Counted from the first letter of the stretch, positions 37,221 through 50,710 are shown. The stretch is DNA of 64,000 nt from Harriotta raleighana (GCA_050575255.1 JBNZDD010013683.1:1897455-1961454), one strand, 5' to 3'. Numbers and translations: made by a program. Notes: generated from the letters alone by a model not told the origin.

Positions 37221-37423
37221 TCATGCAGTTTTTTAAATGGATGTTAAATCTCTGAAATGTCAGTCAAATTTCACTTCTTTCTATTTGATGATAAATAGTA
37301 TGAAATAAAAATTGAATCGTATCGATCATGGTGATATCCTGGATAATTCTAGTCCTCATTTAATGAACTTTGAAAATGGCAGTCAGCTTTGCGTTTGGGC
37401 TTTGAATATTTAACTTTGTTACT

Positions 37424-37725
37424 GTGGAGTCCTGTAGCTCAGTGATTAGAGCCCTCGCCTTGCAAGCGAGCTACCCTGGTTTCGATTCCGAGCAGGGCGA
37501 AACCTTGGGCAGGTTTCCTTACTCTACATACTTACTAATAATCCCTCAAAAGAACAATAATAATTTGGTCGTTTAAATCCACGATTGTTTGCAGGATACT
37601 GCTGTGCGCAATTGACTGCCGCGTTTCTCCCACAAATATACACTTTACGGTATATTCAGTGAAGCGCTTTGATATGTCTAGAAGTTGTGAAAAGCGCATT
37701 ATCAAATGCAAACATTATTATTATT
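37424..37725 (+). mobile_element. Young SINE, full length
   Basis: GTGGAGTCCTGTAGCTCAGTG head through the (ATT)n tail. Confidence 0.92.
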
Positions 37726-38530
37726 GTGGAGTGCGTTGACCCTTGTTTTCATGCGATTTTCAAAAATAAACAATGCCCTGCACTTTGTTGTGGCCGATAA
37801 CAGGCAGCGAAATGATACAATCTTTGCCAAAGATTGAGTGAAGTTAACAGTTCTCCAGTGTATGTTTCGTGACAAGGTGATGCATTTGATTCAGTCAACT
37901 ATCGGAATTTCAACCTGATGCACATTGGATATCCGTTAACTTGTTTTTTTTTCCTGTTCAATGTGATATGTCAACATGCTCCAATATTGATTGGCAGGAT
38001 ATACTTTCCTGAGCACTGACATCCCAATATTTGTTGAATCCCCTTTTGGTTCGGAATTTCAAACTGACACACGATCAATGTTGGTTTCTGTCCACCATGA
38101 TGTGTCTGCACTGTCTTTTTTTGGATTGGTGGCATACACTTTCTGAACGCTGACAATCCTTGTGTCACCTGAAAATAGGAGACAAAAGTTACTGGAATTA
38201 ATGAGACCAATGCAATGCTGTGAGCAGGATGAACTCACTCTGTGCCTTGCACAGTGGGTAGCTGTCAACTCTTTAATGGAAAAACCTGTGACTGCAATGA
38301 CAATTTGTGCTTTGTGATGGGGCCAACTCCACAGTATGCGGAGAGCTTTTCTGTACATGGAGGAAAAGACTATTTTGTTAATGCATCTAGTGTCAGACTT
38401 GAATAAGTGATGAAGTTAGATAAGCTTCCCGTTCTCATTATTGTGGCAACGCTTATTAACATATTCCCCTTAACTTTTGTTTTATTTTAATAATCTTGCC
38501 AAGAGAAAATAATCCAGCCATACAATTTGT

Positions 38531-38675
38531 AGACAAAATGCAAAATACTGCAGATGCTAGAAATCTGAAATAAAAACCAAAATCACTGGGAATGCTCACT
38601 CAGCAGGTCAGGCAGCATCTATGGAGAAAGGAAAAGTAAATGTTTCGGGTCCAAGACCCTTCGTCAGAATTGGTG
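38531..38675 (-). mobile_element. Penelope-like element terminal (pseudo-LTR) fragment
   Basis: AAATACTGCAGATGCTAGAAATCTGAAATAAAAAC..CTCAGCAGGTCAGGCAGCATCTATGGAG..TGTTTCGGGTC..GACCCTTCGTCAG matches a recalled abundant chondrichthyan repeat; carries a hammerhead core. Confidence 0.7.
38636..38672 (-). ncRNA. Minimal hammerhead ribozyme motif (probably decayed)
   Basis: Minus strand CUGACGA-A-GGGUC-UUG-GACCC-GAAAC-AUUUAC: conserved CUGANGA and GAAA boxes around a perfect 5-bp stem II. Confidence 0.65.
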
Positions 38676-40441
38676 AAATTTGAAGAGTCTGGATTTCAAC
38701 AGTATCTTAGAAGTTTGGAAGCTGCCAATTTTTTTCATATAAAAGGGATTTGTGCTAATTGTTGATGGAAATAAAAAATATAGAATATTTTCAGAGAGAA
38801 TTCAAGCTAAAAATTAATACAAGCTAAATGAACTGCTGGAATGAGATCACTCACTTATTTTCTTCATATGACATTGTGAAGAGCATTGCAACAATATCCA
38901 TTTCAACCCCTTCACTCTCTTTTTGAAGCTTTAATTCCCCCCTCCTCTCCTCCAGGCCCATTTACGGTCTCTCTGCCACTTTTTCATCTTTCCTTTTGAC
39001 TTTCTAATTTTGAATGTGATCAGTTTCTATCTCGACATCAAAGATCATCTCTTCATCTGCGACCTGTTATTAGTAGTTTTACAAGTCCTAACTCAGTAGC
39101 TCATAGCGTTTGAGCTATTTTAACCCACAATGCTGTCCTGCTGACACAACCGTCTATTTTTAAAGACATTTAAATGCCTCTAAACTTTATTGGTGTCTAG
39201 TAAAGTGATTTTTTTTTGTGTGATAACCAAACTTGGTGTTGTGGATTTATAATAGGACATCTGCAAGAGTCAGCACCTTTACAAGAAAGCAAGAAAGCAT
39301 TTGGTTACAAATAATCTTGCTTTTTTTAACATGGCAAAATAACATGATCTTGCTAGGATCTGATTGGAGCTATCCAAATATGCTTAGACCACACAACAAC
39401 AAACTGAATCCTATTCAGCATAACCTACAGGACATACACTTGTAATTCATCAGATTCACTGAAGCTTTCTCATCGAGCTTGGAAGTCGGAGAGAGACCTA
39501 CAATATTTGCGTTTTATAATTACTGTGTATATATTTGCCAGTGGGAAGCATGCCCAAGTATAGTCATTTTTGTTTTTCCTTAAAACAACCTGATAAAGAT
39601 TTGGGGCCCGCAGAGTCATATGACAGTTCATAAATTGTCCTTGTATTACTGTTTAATAAATTGCTTCTGTGGAACAGAAGTGCTGGATCTGTGATGGCTA
39701 CTGTCGGAATACGTTCTCCCACATGACAGCCGTTCAACACAAACTCTTGTGAAGATTTCCTGTGGGACACTCAGTAATTTCTAGCCAAATGTTGGACTGG
39801 AATTTGTTTAACCTCCTCTCTTTACTAGCCCATTATTTTGACCCTCCCCAACCCCCCACCTCACAGCCATAAGCAATTGAGAACAGGAGTACTGTACTTC
39901 TGATTCTGGGACTTTTGTGTTTAAAGACTCCACTTGCCACATGCAACTCTTCATTGTTTCCCAAACCTTTAAAATGCATTCACTTACAAATTTTTGAAAT
40001 TGTTCATTGTCATTTTACTTAACCGCACATGTCCTTGGGAATCGAGATATGTTTATTGTTTGTTCACACATGTTCATTTGGACCTGTGGCCTGGAAAGAG
40101 CACTTAATAGGCAAATCATCAAATATGCTTTATATTCTCTTTGGCAAGGATGACTTCTCTCATGGGAATATCAGTTGTTTCATGGTCTTTGAGATTCACC
40201 GAACATGCGAGTGAGACAGTTCTCCAAATGAGTCAGACTGGTTAATGATTTAAAGCTTCAGCCTGCCCTTGAATGCAGAATTCCACTGGGATGCATTCAG
40301 TAACATATCTAATAATCCCGTGGGACTGAATCCCACCCCCCCAACTCCTTTTAATCAAGGTTCCAATCCAGACAAATTGGGACAAATTAATACACATTAC
40401 ATAATATATTAAATGTAAGTTTTCTAAATTTGTGTCACATT

Positions 40442-41392
40442 ATTGGATTTGGGTTTAGGGAGTAGTTTCCAAATTTGCAAATTATACTAAATTAGGGAGA
40501 ATAGTAAATAGTGAGGAGGATAGTAGCCATCTGCAAGAGGATATAGATAAAATGGTAAAGTGGGCAGACACATGGCAGATGAAGTTTAATACAGAGAAGG
40601 TGATACACTTCGGGAGAAGAAATGAGGGGAGGCAATATAGGATAGATAGAACAATTTTAAGGGGTGTGAAGGAACAGAGAAACCTGGGGATTTGTGTTTG
40701 TGACTCTTTGAAAGTGGCAGGATAGGTAGACAAAGCCGTTAAGAAGGCGTATGGGATACTTGGCTTTATAAATAGGGGTATAGAATACAAAAGTCAGGAA
40801 GTGCTGATTAACCTCTATAAGACTTTGGTTAGGCCTCAGCTGGAGTACTGTGTACAATTCTGGTCACCACACTTTAGGAAGGATATTAAGGCATTGGAAA
40901 GGGTGCAGAGGAGATTTAGTTGGATGGTACCAGGAATGAGGGACTTCAGCTATGAGGAAAGGCCAGATAGGCTAGGCTTATTCTCTCTAGAACAAAGAAG
41001 CTTGAGAGGAGACCTATAGAGATTTATAAGACTATAAGAGGTTTCGACAGGGTGAATAGGGAAAGACTGTTTCCACTGGTGGGCGAATCAGTGACTCGTG
41101 GTCACAGATTTAAAATAGTTTCAAAACAAAGCAGAGGGGAGCTGAGGAGAAATGTTTTCACTCAGCAAGTTGTTCGAATCTAGAATGCATTGCCTGAAAA
41201 GGTGGTGGAGGCAGATTCCATAACAGCTTTTAAAAGGGAACTAGATCTTTATTTAGGAAGAGCAGGTCTGTTAGGTCATGGGGAGAAAGCTGGGCAGTGG
41301 GATTGAGTAACTATGTTCAAAGAGCCGGCACAGACTAGATGGGCCGAAATGGCCTCCTTTTGTGCCATATAATTCTATGATTCTATGATTCT
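40442..41392 (+). mobile_element. CR1 LINE, 5'-truncated within RT, intact 3' end
   Basis: SKFANYTKLG (decayed FADD), LQEDIDKMVKWADTWQMKFN, LYKTLVRPQLEYCVQFWSP, LERVQRRF, TRGHRFK, with a few stops/frameshifts; 3'UTR GATGGGCCGAAATGGCCTCC and (ATTCTATG)n tail. Confidence 0.96.
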
Positions 41393-42029
41393 TCTATTCA
41401 GCATTGTACTGGATAAGGTTTTTTCTGAGAAAAATGTAATCAGTATGCAATGCAGGTTGAGACAAGTTTGCCAATTTTTCCAACCTGCTAGTTATGCACT
41501 AGGACTAGAACTGTACAGCACAACCTACATATCTATTATTGATGACGACCATAGTGTTGCAGAGAGAAGTGACAGAGGAGAGAATAGTAAATTAGGAAGA
41601 GGGAGGTTGTCAGATTGTTTGGGGGACATAAGGGAAATGTTTGGCCACTGGAGAGAAGAAATCTGGTCATGGGGGAAAATATTTCCCAAGTGGAGAGAAA
41701 AAAATAATCAGGATCGTGTTAGACATGAAACAAGCAGAAGGATGAAAGGACTGTTTTGAGCCTGTGGGCAAGTGTTGATGAGCCAAAAGTTGGAGATTTA
41801 AGCAACGTTGCAAACTCCGAGACGACACACAATACAAAATATATGGAACGCTGGTCAAGATTTTAATTGACATTGACAAACAGAGCAGGTTTGATTTTTC
41901 TACTGTCCACATCTCCTACGAGAGTTGAAGTTGCAAAGGTATTAAAAGTATTCTGGAACTTTCTGCTGAACTGAGACTTGACTTTACATGTGCATGTTCA
42001 AGCCAGGGCGAGGTAGGAGAATAGGCTTC

Positions 42030-42262
42030 TGGATTGTGTATCTCAGTATGGATTTCCACTTTCCTTTATACATTCTTCAAGTCACTGTCTGTCTCTGCTG
42101 CATTTGATGGTTTTTATTTGAATTTTATTTTCATTGGGGATTTCCCCCCAGGGCTCTGCTCTCTCTTCCCACTTTATTCCTTCTACACATCAATGACCTT
42201 CCCTTCACCATTCAACCCTATCCACTCTTTTGCTAATGATTCCACGATATATCCATCAGCTT
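42030..42262 (+). mobile_element. Decayed RT fragment of a different non-LTR retrotransposon
   Basis: Frameshifted WISTFL..SVSAAFDG..PQGSAL/PTLFLLHINDL/NPIHSFANDSTIY matches RT motifs GVPQGSxLxPxLFLLxINDL and FADD. Confidence 0.75.
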
Positions 42263-44444
42263 CCTCCAGATCACAGGCCCTTTGTGCATTTTCCTTCCCT
42301 TTTCTTTTAGCGCAATAGGTTATTATTGATCTTCTCCGTTTCCTTTCAACGATCTTGTTTATTTTAATTCTTCAAAGAAGCATATTCCTCAGATTTCTGC
42401 ACCTCTGACTCGACTCCTAACCGTCAGCCCATCTGCTGGAGAATTTCAGAGTGAAGCCAGGAAAGGGAAGGTGACAACAGATTTCATCACCTCACTGATG
42501 ATAACAGTGGCAATGAATCACTTCCAAACGCACGTGTCTTTGATTTCCCATCGATTCACCATGCTTAGCAAACTGGGCATTTACAGATGCTCCGCAATCT
42601 GTGAGCAGACACTCTCCAGTTTTCCAATTATTTTCCCCTGTGGACCAAAATTGCTATGACTCATCTTGACAGGAATACATACGCATGTTCCAATAAGCAG
42701 GTTAAGTTGCTGATGTGAACCAAAATAATGTATTATGATGTGTATGTGCCATAATGTCTATTCAGTTGGAAAATCTTCCTGCTCCATTAAGTTGGAAGTA
42801 ATTTGCCATAATTTCATTGAAGCACATTAACTCTAGGACCTAGTGTTCAGTCTACGCTTGTGGACATAATGTTTCCCTTAGATATTGTGCCCATTTGTTC
42901 AGTCCCAACTAAAGCAACGTGCGGGCGTTTTAAAGACACCCCCTTTTTGGGGGGTAAAGATTGTCCTTTTGTAAAGATTGTAGATCTTTGAGTTATAAAA
43001 AACAGAAGTCCTTGATAATAGTTTTTAATGGCATGTATCAGGTCGCATTTCAGGATGCCTGGAGTAGTGACAGGATTCTGCTATTTGCCAGGTTGCACAC
43101 TAGCAGAGGTTCAGATTGTTGCACGATGAATTCATTAGGCGTCTCGTTTTGTGAAATTTACCAGACTCCGGTGGAGCTCGTTCAACACAAACGCACAGGA
43201 AACTGCAGCCGATTGCGACTTTGACTCAATCATTGGATTCCTCCAGTGATCAAATATTGTGATCAAGAAGCAGCTGTTACGAAACCTGTAATGAAATAAT
43301 GAATGAGCCCAATACTGCATTAAATAGATCCATCATTATGCAATTAAATATTTCCTAAACTAATTACTAGATCAATCCAGTAAACTGTTGTCAGGGTAGC
43401 TCTGCAGTATAGATTTCTTATTGAGAATGCACAGCAATACTTGCAAGGGCTGAGAGATGTCAGGTACATTGGCTACTAAATAATCCATAATAAACTGAGG
43501 ATCCAGCACTTTGTTTCAAATCCAATTTAATTATCAAAGATGTTCCAGTAAAATCGTGTAATTTACTATCAGCAAAATCTTCTGAACACCTGGCATACCC
43601 AAACGATGGTTGTAAAAAATATACTTTCATCAGCATCATTACGAAGTAAAGGATTCAAATGAATCTTCAAACCAATGTCCTATCCCCTTGTTCAAGTTGA
43701 TGCTAAAGATCGCATTGCATTTCTGTAAATTAAAAAGAGAAGAGAATTTCTCCCTCTGTTTGCTTTCACTTATTGTACATATCAGCAAGTTAACTTCAAT
43801 GGGATACTTTGGGAATTTTATTATTTTCTCCCTTTCTTCCCTGCAACCCCCCCCCCCCCCCCTCCCCGCTTGATAATTGACGGGTGAGGAGTGGGAGGGT
43901 GGGGGAAGGGTTTTGGTCTCCAATCAAACCATTCTGCTACAGTTAGAGTGACATCAAAGATCACATTTAGCTGTGCGAACAATAGAACTAAGAGCTCTCA
44001 ATACTATACAATCCAGCCAGTACTGTTTCCCTCGTTAAGATTTTAGACACATTGTGTGTATGTGCTTTTCAAATTGCCACCCTTGAAGCTTTGGAGAAGT
44101 GGCGTTCTGGTGGTCCAACTGGTTTAATGGTGGTGCCCAACAGACTGTTGTTTCATGTGGGTTGGATGGTTCTTGTTTTATTTTCGTGCGAGTGCTTTGA
44201 GTTTGAAACGTTGAATGTTTTTAATAAAAGCAGGGTTTTTTTTTTAAGCTTCCCCTGTGATCATTTCTTCAAACGCCGCTGTAATTATTGGTATTGTGTG
44301 GCATAATTCCCAGTACAAGGAGGAAGAAAAGTTCAGCGGGTAGAAAGAATGCAAACTCTCCTAACACTAGAAAATACAGGCTACTCACTCATGTAAAGCA
44401 ATATTTTAAATCTTGAACATCAAATTATATCCCCGTTTGCAAAA

Positions 44445-44975
44445 GGAATCCCAACTCTTTTGCTACTCTTCCCTGAGTACTACCAATATTGAGTACCTCG
44501 GTCAGTTAGCCATCGTTAGACATCGTAGCGAAGCCAGATCCTAGCCTCATGTAGTTTTATGCTTGCTGGATAGAGATGAATTGCATTAAACTATCTTAAT
44601 TTCCTCACCTAATCCAAGGGATTAACCAGTGTCCCACCTGCTGCCTTGATTGAGATCAGCAAACTCGGCCCAGACAAGGATTCAACCTTTTCGTTAGACT
44701 GGTCTGGTGCTGGATGCACCCGAGTCAATTTCCTCTCTCTGTATCCTGGAAGCGTTTTAACTCTTCCTTCCTTGGTATGGTTGTCCAGATGTCCTGCTGA
44801 AACTTGCTGAAGTGGTCTTGATTGCGAGTTGCTGGATAGTGATCTGGAACACAAATCTGTCCCTCCTAAGCCTGAGGCCAATTAAGCAGCCCCAAGTCCT
44901 GACAAACTGAGAACAGCTGATTATAGTATGGTTCATACTTGAGACATGTCTGGCCTGTGTGTCTCAGATACTCAA
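44445..44975 (-). mobile_element. Two tandem copies of ancient SINE family B
   Basis: TGAGATCAGCAAACTCGGCCCAGAC and GCTGGATAGTGATC..CTGAGGCCAATT..CTGAGAACAGCT are reverse complements of family B motifs. Confidence 0.55.
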
Positions 44976-45568
44976 TGTGGGGGGAAAAAAAACTTAACAG
45001 TGGGAGGTGGAATTTACCAAGATAATAATTGATAATAACAGTAACTATCAATAACATAACACGATAACTTCAAATATAACTTTCTTATTGGCCACAATCC
45101 TTTTTTCTTTTGTGTGCATATTAGTTCCCCGCTGCTCTCTCACAAAGGGCTTTGACATCCTGGATAGGTAGGAAAAACTAATCATTAAAAGTGATCTGAT
45201 TTTGAGTCCCTTCCTCTGGGATTTGAATGTGTTTCTGCCACCACTGATATCTCCAACCGCAAATTAGTCTTGAGTGGCAGAGAGCACATAGAGGAGACAA
45301 TCTGGTCTGCCTCATAAATCCCAAATTGGAAGGAAGGGAGAGGGCTGATTAACCAGGGTTCTTGTCCGGTTCCAACACAAAACCTTCACTACTTCTCGTG
45401 AGTAATATAAAGCAACAAAGTTATTACGTTCTTCTATCTTTGACTTGAGGGTTATATATGGCAATACGGCTTATGTTAATGCCGAGCATTTTACTGCTGG
45501 GTTTATCACTGCTTGTCGTACTTGGAGTGGGAGAATATTTTGTCCTTAGTTCAATGTTCAGGATGGAT

Positions 45569-45582
45569 GTTACTATGGTAAC
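45569..45582. promoter_or_regulatory. RFX X-box
   Basis: GTTACTATGGTAAC matches GTTRCYATGGYAAC; a second X-box-like site CTTCCATGGTAAAT lies near 45649. Confidence 0.45.
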
Positions 45583-46510
45583 GTTCATTGTAATACATTA
45601 CTGTTGCTGCTGGTGGCAGTGCGAAGATTACATGTTGGCATTTGGGCTCTTCCATGGTAAATGAATAAGTTTATATGGGGGGGTACTAAAAATCATAATA
45701 ATAATAATCCTTGCATTTGATATAATGTAGCACCATAATGTAGTTGCACAGTGAACGAGTTGCTAATATGCTGACAGTTTAGTGACTCTGAACTGAATTT
45801 TAGGATGAACTGGAAGGGCCAATGGCCTGATTTTCATGTTACTGTAATTATTTAAAATTACTGTATCGTATGTGAAAAAAAAAAAGATTTTCCACCCTTC
45901 CCTTTTCCAGCTACGCCTAACATCGCAAATTGTATTAATGTATTATTCAGCAGCATTGTGCGTCCCCAGGGTTAGTAAATTCTGGTTTGATTCCCAGGCA
46001 GGTCTTCAGATGTTGCCTCTCAAACTGATCTTGGACATGCATCTCTCCTGTTTTTATGACATTTTGGATGCATAAAAAGTGCATAAAATAGCACGAGAAC
46101 TGGAAGTACATTTCAACATGTGGTTCGATTTGCGATTTGGAAGTGTGTGGCCCTTTTGGAGACATGCTGTTATTGACCAGCTCGGAGATCTTGTCACACT
46201 ATTGGTGGGTGGGTGGAGTGGGGGAACAACAATGCTGTACATTGATTAGTAATCTGTGTTTTTAAACCACTGAGTGTCTGGAAATAAATCACTACTGGCT
46301 GGGCACTTTGACATACTTGTCCGTGGGTTCCCATGGGGTTGGGTAGCTTTGGATAAATTTCTAGGCTTGTAAAAGGAAAAGCTACTGACCTGAATTGAAA
46401 TCAATCAAGCCCTGTGCCTTTCTCTCCACCCCAAGTAACCTCTACCATAGTAATAGCTCAGAAGGGACATGGGCATGCATGTGAACTTTACAAGCCTTAC
46501 AACAGACCTC

Positions 46511-46665
46511 AATAATAACTTGCATTTACATAGTATCCTTCATGCAGTGTAGCGCTTTGAGCGCTTAACAGTGGCAGAACTTGATGCCGACCAGGTGGGG
46601 TGTTGGTAAGCAAAGACACAGTCAAAAGAGAAAAGTCTTGAGGTGTAATCTGAAGGTGGGGAAGG
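46511..46665 (-). mobile_element. Older L2 3' end
   Basis: AATAACTTGCATTTACATAG..CTTCA..AGCGCTT..GTCAAAAGAG..GTCTTGAGG..CTGAAGG (antisense of FKxxLKTxLFD). Confidence 0.55.
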
Positions 46666-49407
46666 ACCTCAAAGTAGGAACACAAAATATGTATTGTGTT
46701 GGGTTTTGTTAAACAAAAGTATGCCCAAATAGCAGAGGAAAGAGGAAATCACATGAAATGTCAACTGCAGATTTTTCAGGAATTCAAGTAACGTGTTTCC
46801 TTCCAGAATTAGGCTGTTACATCATCAAGTTGCGATTGCAAGAGTCAGAAATCAACTCTGGAATAATCCTGGTTACTGAGATGAACTGGGATTCTTGCCC
46901 TATCATTCATTCTCATTTTACTGGGTTGTGAGGCTGATAACTAATAAAATGATCATTCTTCGATTCGGGATGGAAGGTGTTTTATTTTTAAAAAGTTTTA
47001 AGCTGCCTTGTTCCTTTATTTGTATCATTATTTAATGATCATTTTGGACACTGGTGCAGGAACTTTGTCCGATCAGCAGGCATTTTCATCCTCACCGTGT
47101 CAGTCTGTACAGCTGGCAGTGAATGTATAGACAGACGTACAAGTGGGCACGACCAAAGTTGTTCTACTTGATGGCGAGCAGAATACTGTACTGTATCAGC
47201 CTCAAAATTGTTAGGAGCAGAATACTATATCAGCCCCTGTAAGAATGAAACCCACATGTTTTCTAAGCATCAATGAATCCCACAAATTAGATGACAGCCA
47301 TGTCCCGACTCCCGAGTACCTTGTTATTTTTGTGATGTATTCACTTTCTCATTCCTTTTCCTTTCTTATGCAGTGAATATACACCTGTGATTGATGTACT
47401 CACTCTGCCCCTGAGGTACACTCGCACTCCACAAAGCTTATTTATGCTATGTGACTTACGGTATGTGATTTGATCTTGGGATACAATTGATTCACTGCCT
47501 TCAGCATGTGTTCTATAAAAGTACACATTACAACCATAATTCTGAGCTGTAAAACAAACCCACCTTAACAATAGCTTCTTTCCCCCACCAAGAATCTCTT
47601 CAGAGACTCTTTTACTTTCCAGAGGGCAGAAGATTGATTGTAGCATTTTGATCCTCCTGAATAGTAGTCTCAATATCTTAAAACATCCATCAAAGCTATC
47701 GTTTTGTAGGAGGTAAGCGGCCAATGATAGATGATGACATAGCTTGGTCATTATGCGTAGAGATATACATATTCCTCACAGAAGCCTGATGGATCGTTCC
47801 TTTTCTTTTTCTTTTAAGGGATGCATTTTTCAGGCACAAATCACGCTCCATTCTGAGATATTTGTGTTACAGCATTCACTCAATGTTGGAAGTCAGCGTA
47901 GAAGGAATGGGAGAATTGAGCTTGACGTAATGGAGATGATCACTAGTGCGCTTATTCTGCTCTTCTTTCCATCCGCTGCTGACTTGTATGTACAGTATGT
48001 AAATATTCCTTTAGGTCCCTAGATAGGGTTTGGTAACACTCTCTGGGGTTTGTCAGTCCTTACACATTTCATCATCTCAAACTTGAATGATTTCTTCAAG
48101 TTTCAAGCCTGGATTTACTCTTATTTATTTGCCGTTTTTGCGAGCAAGTTGGAAAACTGCTGAATTCAGTCTCGAGTTCGCTGAAAAGTGTGAGCATATG
48201 GCAAAACCAGAATCCAGTTTGTTGGCTCCCGTCGACAGAACAGCCCCACTGATGGTCACTGTTTGGGCTCGCTAATAAACAATGTTGACCTGGGTGGTGA
48301 AGGGCATCTTGCTCCAGGTCAAGGCACACACAGCCTTGAGAGCTCAGAGGAGAAAATGAGGACAAAATAAAGGCAGACGTCCATATTTTTATACGATGAG
48401 ATGTGCATTGTCAATATAACAAGTTGTCATTATGGTTTAGTTGCGGTTTTGCTTGGGATTCTACAAGCTCCACCAAGGGAATGGTTTCTTCCTGCTGCTT
48501 GCATTTGTGTTACAAATCTTTACTGAGCTATCCTAGCACGAGAATTAATAGCTTGTCAGAGCACAGGGAAATGGGGCTACATTTGATGAATGGAAACCTA
48601 GCCAAGTGCCAAATGTGAACTGATATGGTAACAACAATCTGGCTGCTAGTGAAACAACAATCTGTTGTTCCAGCACTTTATCCCAAAGTGATGGTACTGT
48701 ATCTAGCAGCAAATATGTCCAATCACATTGATACACCTTATAGTTTGAATGTTGCTGCACTGATAAGTAAATAGCTACTTGCATACCAAAAGCAACTTAA
48801 TTGAGGATTCAGTAACTGGATTTGAATTAGGGTTGCGGTAGTTTACGTGAAATAACTGTAACAAGGCAGTAATACAGTTCTGTTGATATTATACGCCACG
48901 ATTGAGGAAAAAGTTGGGTAAAATTCTGCACTGACTTGCAAAAGTGTTCTTACACACTTTCTTGCTTCCTATATTTGTTTTTCCATTCCTGCTTACATCA
49001 CATTCTGGCTGTTGTTTTAATGTATTAGCATTCCCTTCTTCCAGACATTAACGACAGGTGAGATGGTGAACCAAACACATTGAAATAAAAAGAACACAGA
49101 GCAAGCATTGTAGGATTCTTTCTGTCTTTGGCAGCCTCCCACTATCACTGATAATGTTGTTAACATTGATTTTAAAAAATATATATTACCAAATCTCTTC
49201 TGGTTTGTACAGTCTGTGCTTTCATTAGAGGAGTTGATTCCGAGCTTTTGCATCTTCTTTCAAGTAACATCAAAGATATCGGATTTCTGACCGTTGTTCC
49301 AAATAAGAATTTTGCATTCAGTTTTATGGGTTTCTTCTCTCAATGTTTTGTAAAACAAAACTATAACATGCACATTTGGTATACAACCCAAGTCGTAATT
49401 AGCAAAA

Positions 49408-49517
49408 CTAATCCTTGTATTCGATATAGCGCCTTATCATGTCTTCTAGATGTCTCAAAGTGCTTCACCAAATATACTCTATAAAGTGCAGTGGCTGTAT
49501 ATTTTCTGGGCGAAACC
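49408..49517 (-). mobile_element. Young SINE tail
   Basis: AATCCTTGTATTCGATATAGCGCC..TCTTCTAGATGTCTCAAAGTGCTTCAC. Confidence 0.85.
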
Positions 49518-50299
49518 TAGGCTAAAATAGCCAGCCTGACAAGGGCGGGGGTATTAGATCTCTCTTAATCTCTTTACCATTGGAAGATTTCAAAACAATA
49601 TTGCAGTTTTCAGGGGGTCAGTTATTAACAAGATGTCTGTTAATGTGATTCTGATAGAAGTTGTACTTCTGATTTTAGGCACTTATTAATCTATCTTTAA
49701 ATAACATATTACAGTACTATTGTTACTCCTTTATCAATGAACAGATTTTACCTTTCAGTCTGAAAAGTGTCAGGGCGACATTCACCAGAAAACCTCTTTG
49801 CAACTTCATGGTAACTTGAGAGGCTGTCTGTAACAGCAAATCTGAATTATTCAGTGAATAACTTTTAATGGAAAACTAACTTATTTAACTGATGGCTTTC
49901 ATTGTGTCTGGTACAAATGAACTCTTGAGAATTGCTGAATCCTCCACAGCCGAACACACAGTTCAAATCAACATTACTTTAGAATAAACATTTCCTTTAG
50001 GGTACAAGCATTAAGTTAGTGTAATTATTTTTTCAGGGGAAGCAGATAAGCGCTTTCTTTCACAGTTCCTTCATTAACGGAAAGAAAACCTTCAAAAGCA
50101 AGCAAATGTGCGGTAAGATTAAACACAGTCTTCCAATTATATAAACTGGTTTTATTTAATTCAAAATTAATTCTTTAAAGCTTCTCTAGCTGAATGTGTT
50201 TTGCACCACCTGAATGGGTTGTGAATGTTTAGAGAGAACAAAGGAGCTGCAGTACTTTCCTTCCAATTTTTATTTATCAAAAGGAAAGACAAGTTTTCA

Positions 50300-50710
50300 G
50301 CCAGGCTCAGTTGGGAGGACTCTCACCTCTGACTCAGAAAGTTATGAGCTTAAACCCTGTGTCTGGACTCTGAAATAAGTCTAGGTCCAGACTCTAGTGC
50401 AAGGCAGAAGAGCATCCTTCGGATGAGACATTAAACTGAGGCCCCGTCTGCCTGTTTAACTGTCTGTTAAAGATCCGATGGCACTTTTTGAACCGAGAGG
50501 GGGAGCTTCTCTCAGTATCTTGGCCAATAATTCCTCAGATAAAAAATGATCACTCACCTTAAGGCTCTTTGTAGGAAAATTGAATGCCTCATTCACATAT
50601 GAAACACAGTTACTACACAGTTACTACACAGTTACTACACTTTATAGTGACCACTTTGAGACATCCTCCCAAAGTGAAAGAAATGCATGCCAATCCATCT
50701 ATTTATTTAT
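50300..50710 (+). mobile_element. Old Deu-domain SINE, near full length
   Basis: GGCTCAGTTGG..CTCTCACCTCTGACTCAGAAAG head, Deu motif GGATGAGACATTAAACTGAGGCCCCGTCTGCC (50421), TCTTGGCCAATA; 11-bp unit CAGTTACTACA x3 near 50607-50640. Confidence 0.85.

Noticed and set aside
40801-41019. 72-aa ORF that looks protein-like
   Set aside because: Part of the CR1 ORF2 relic, not a host gene.
47341-47751. 136-aa minus-strand ORF, faintly transposase-like
   Set aside because: No motif I can support.
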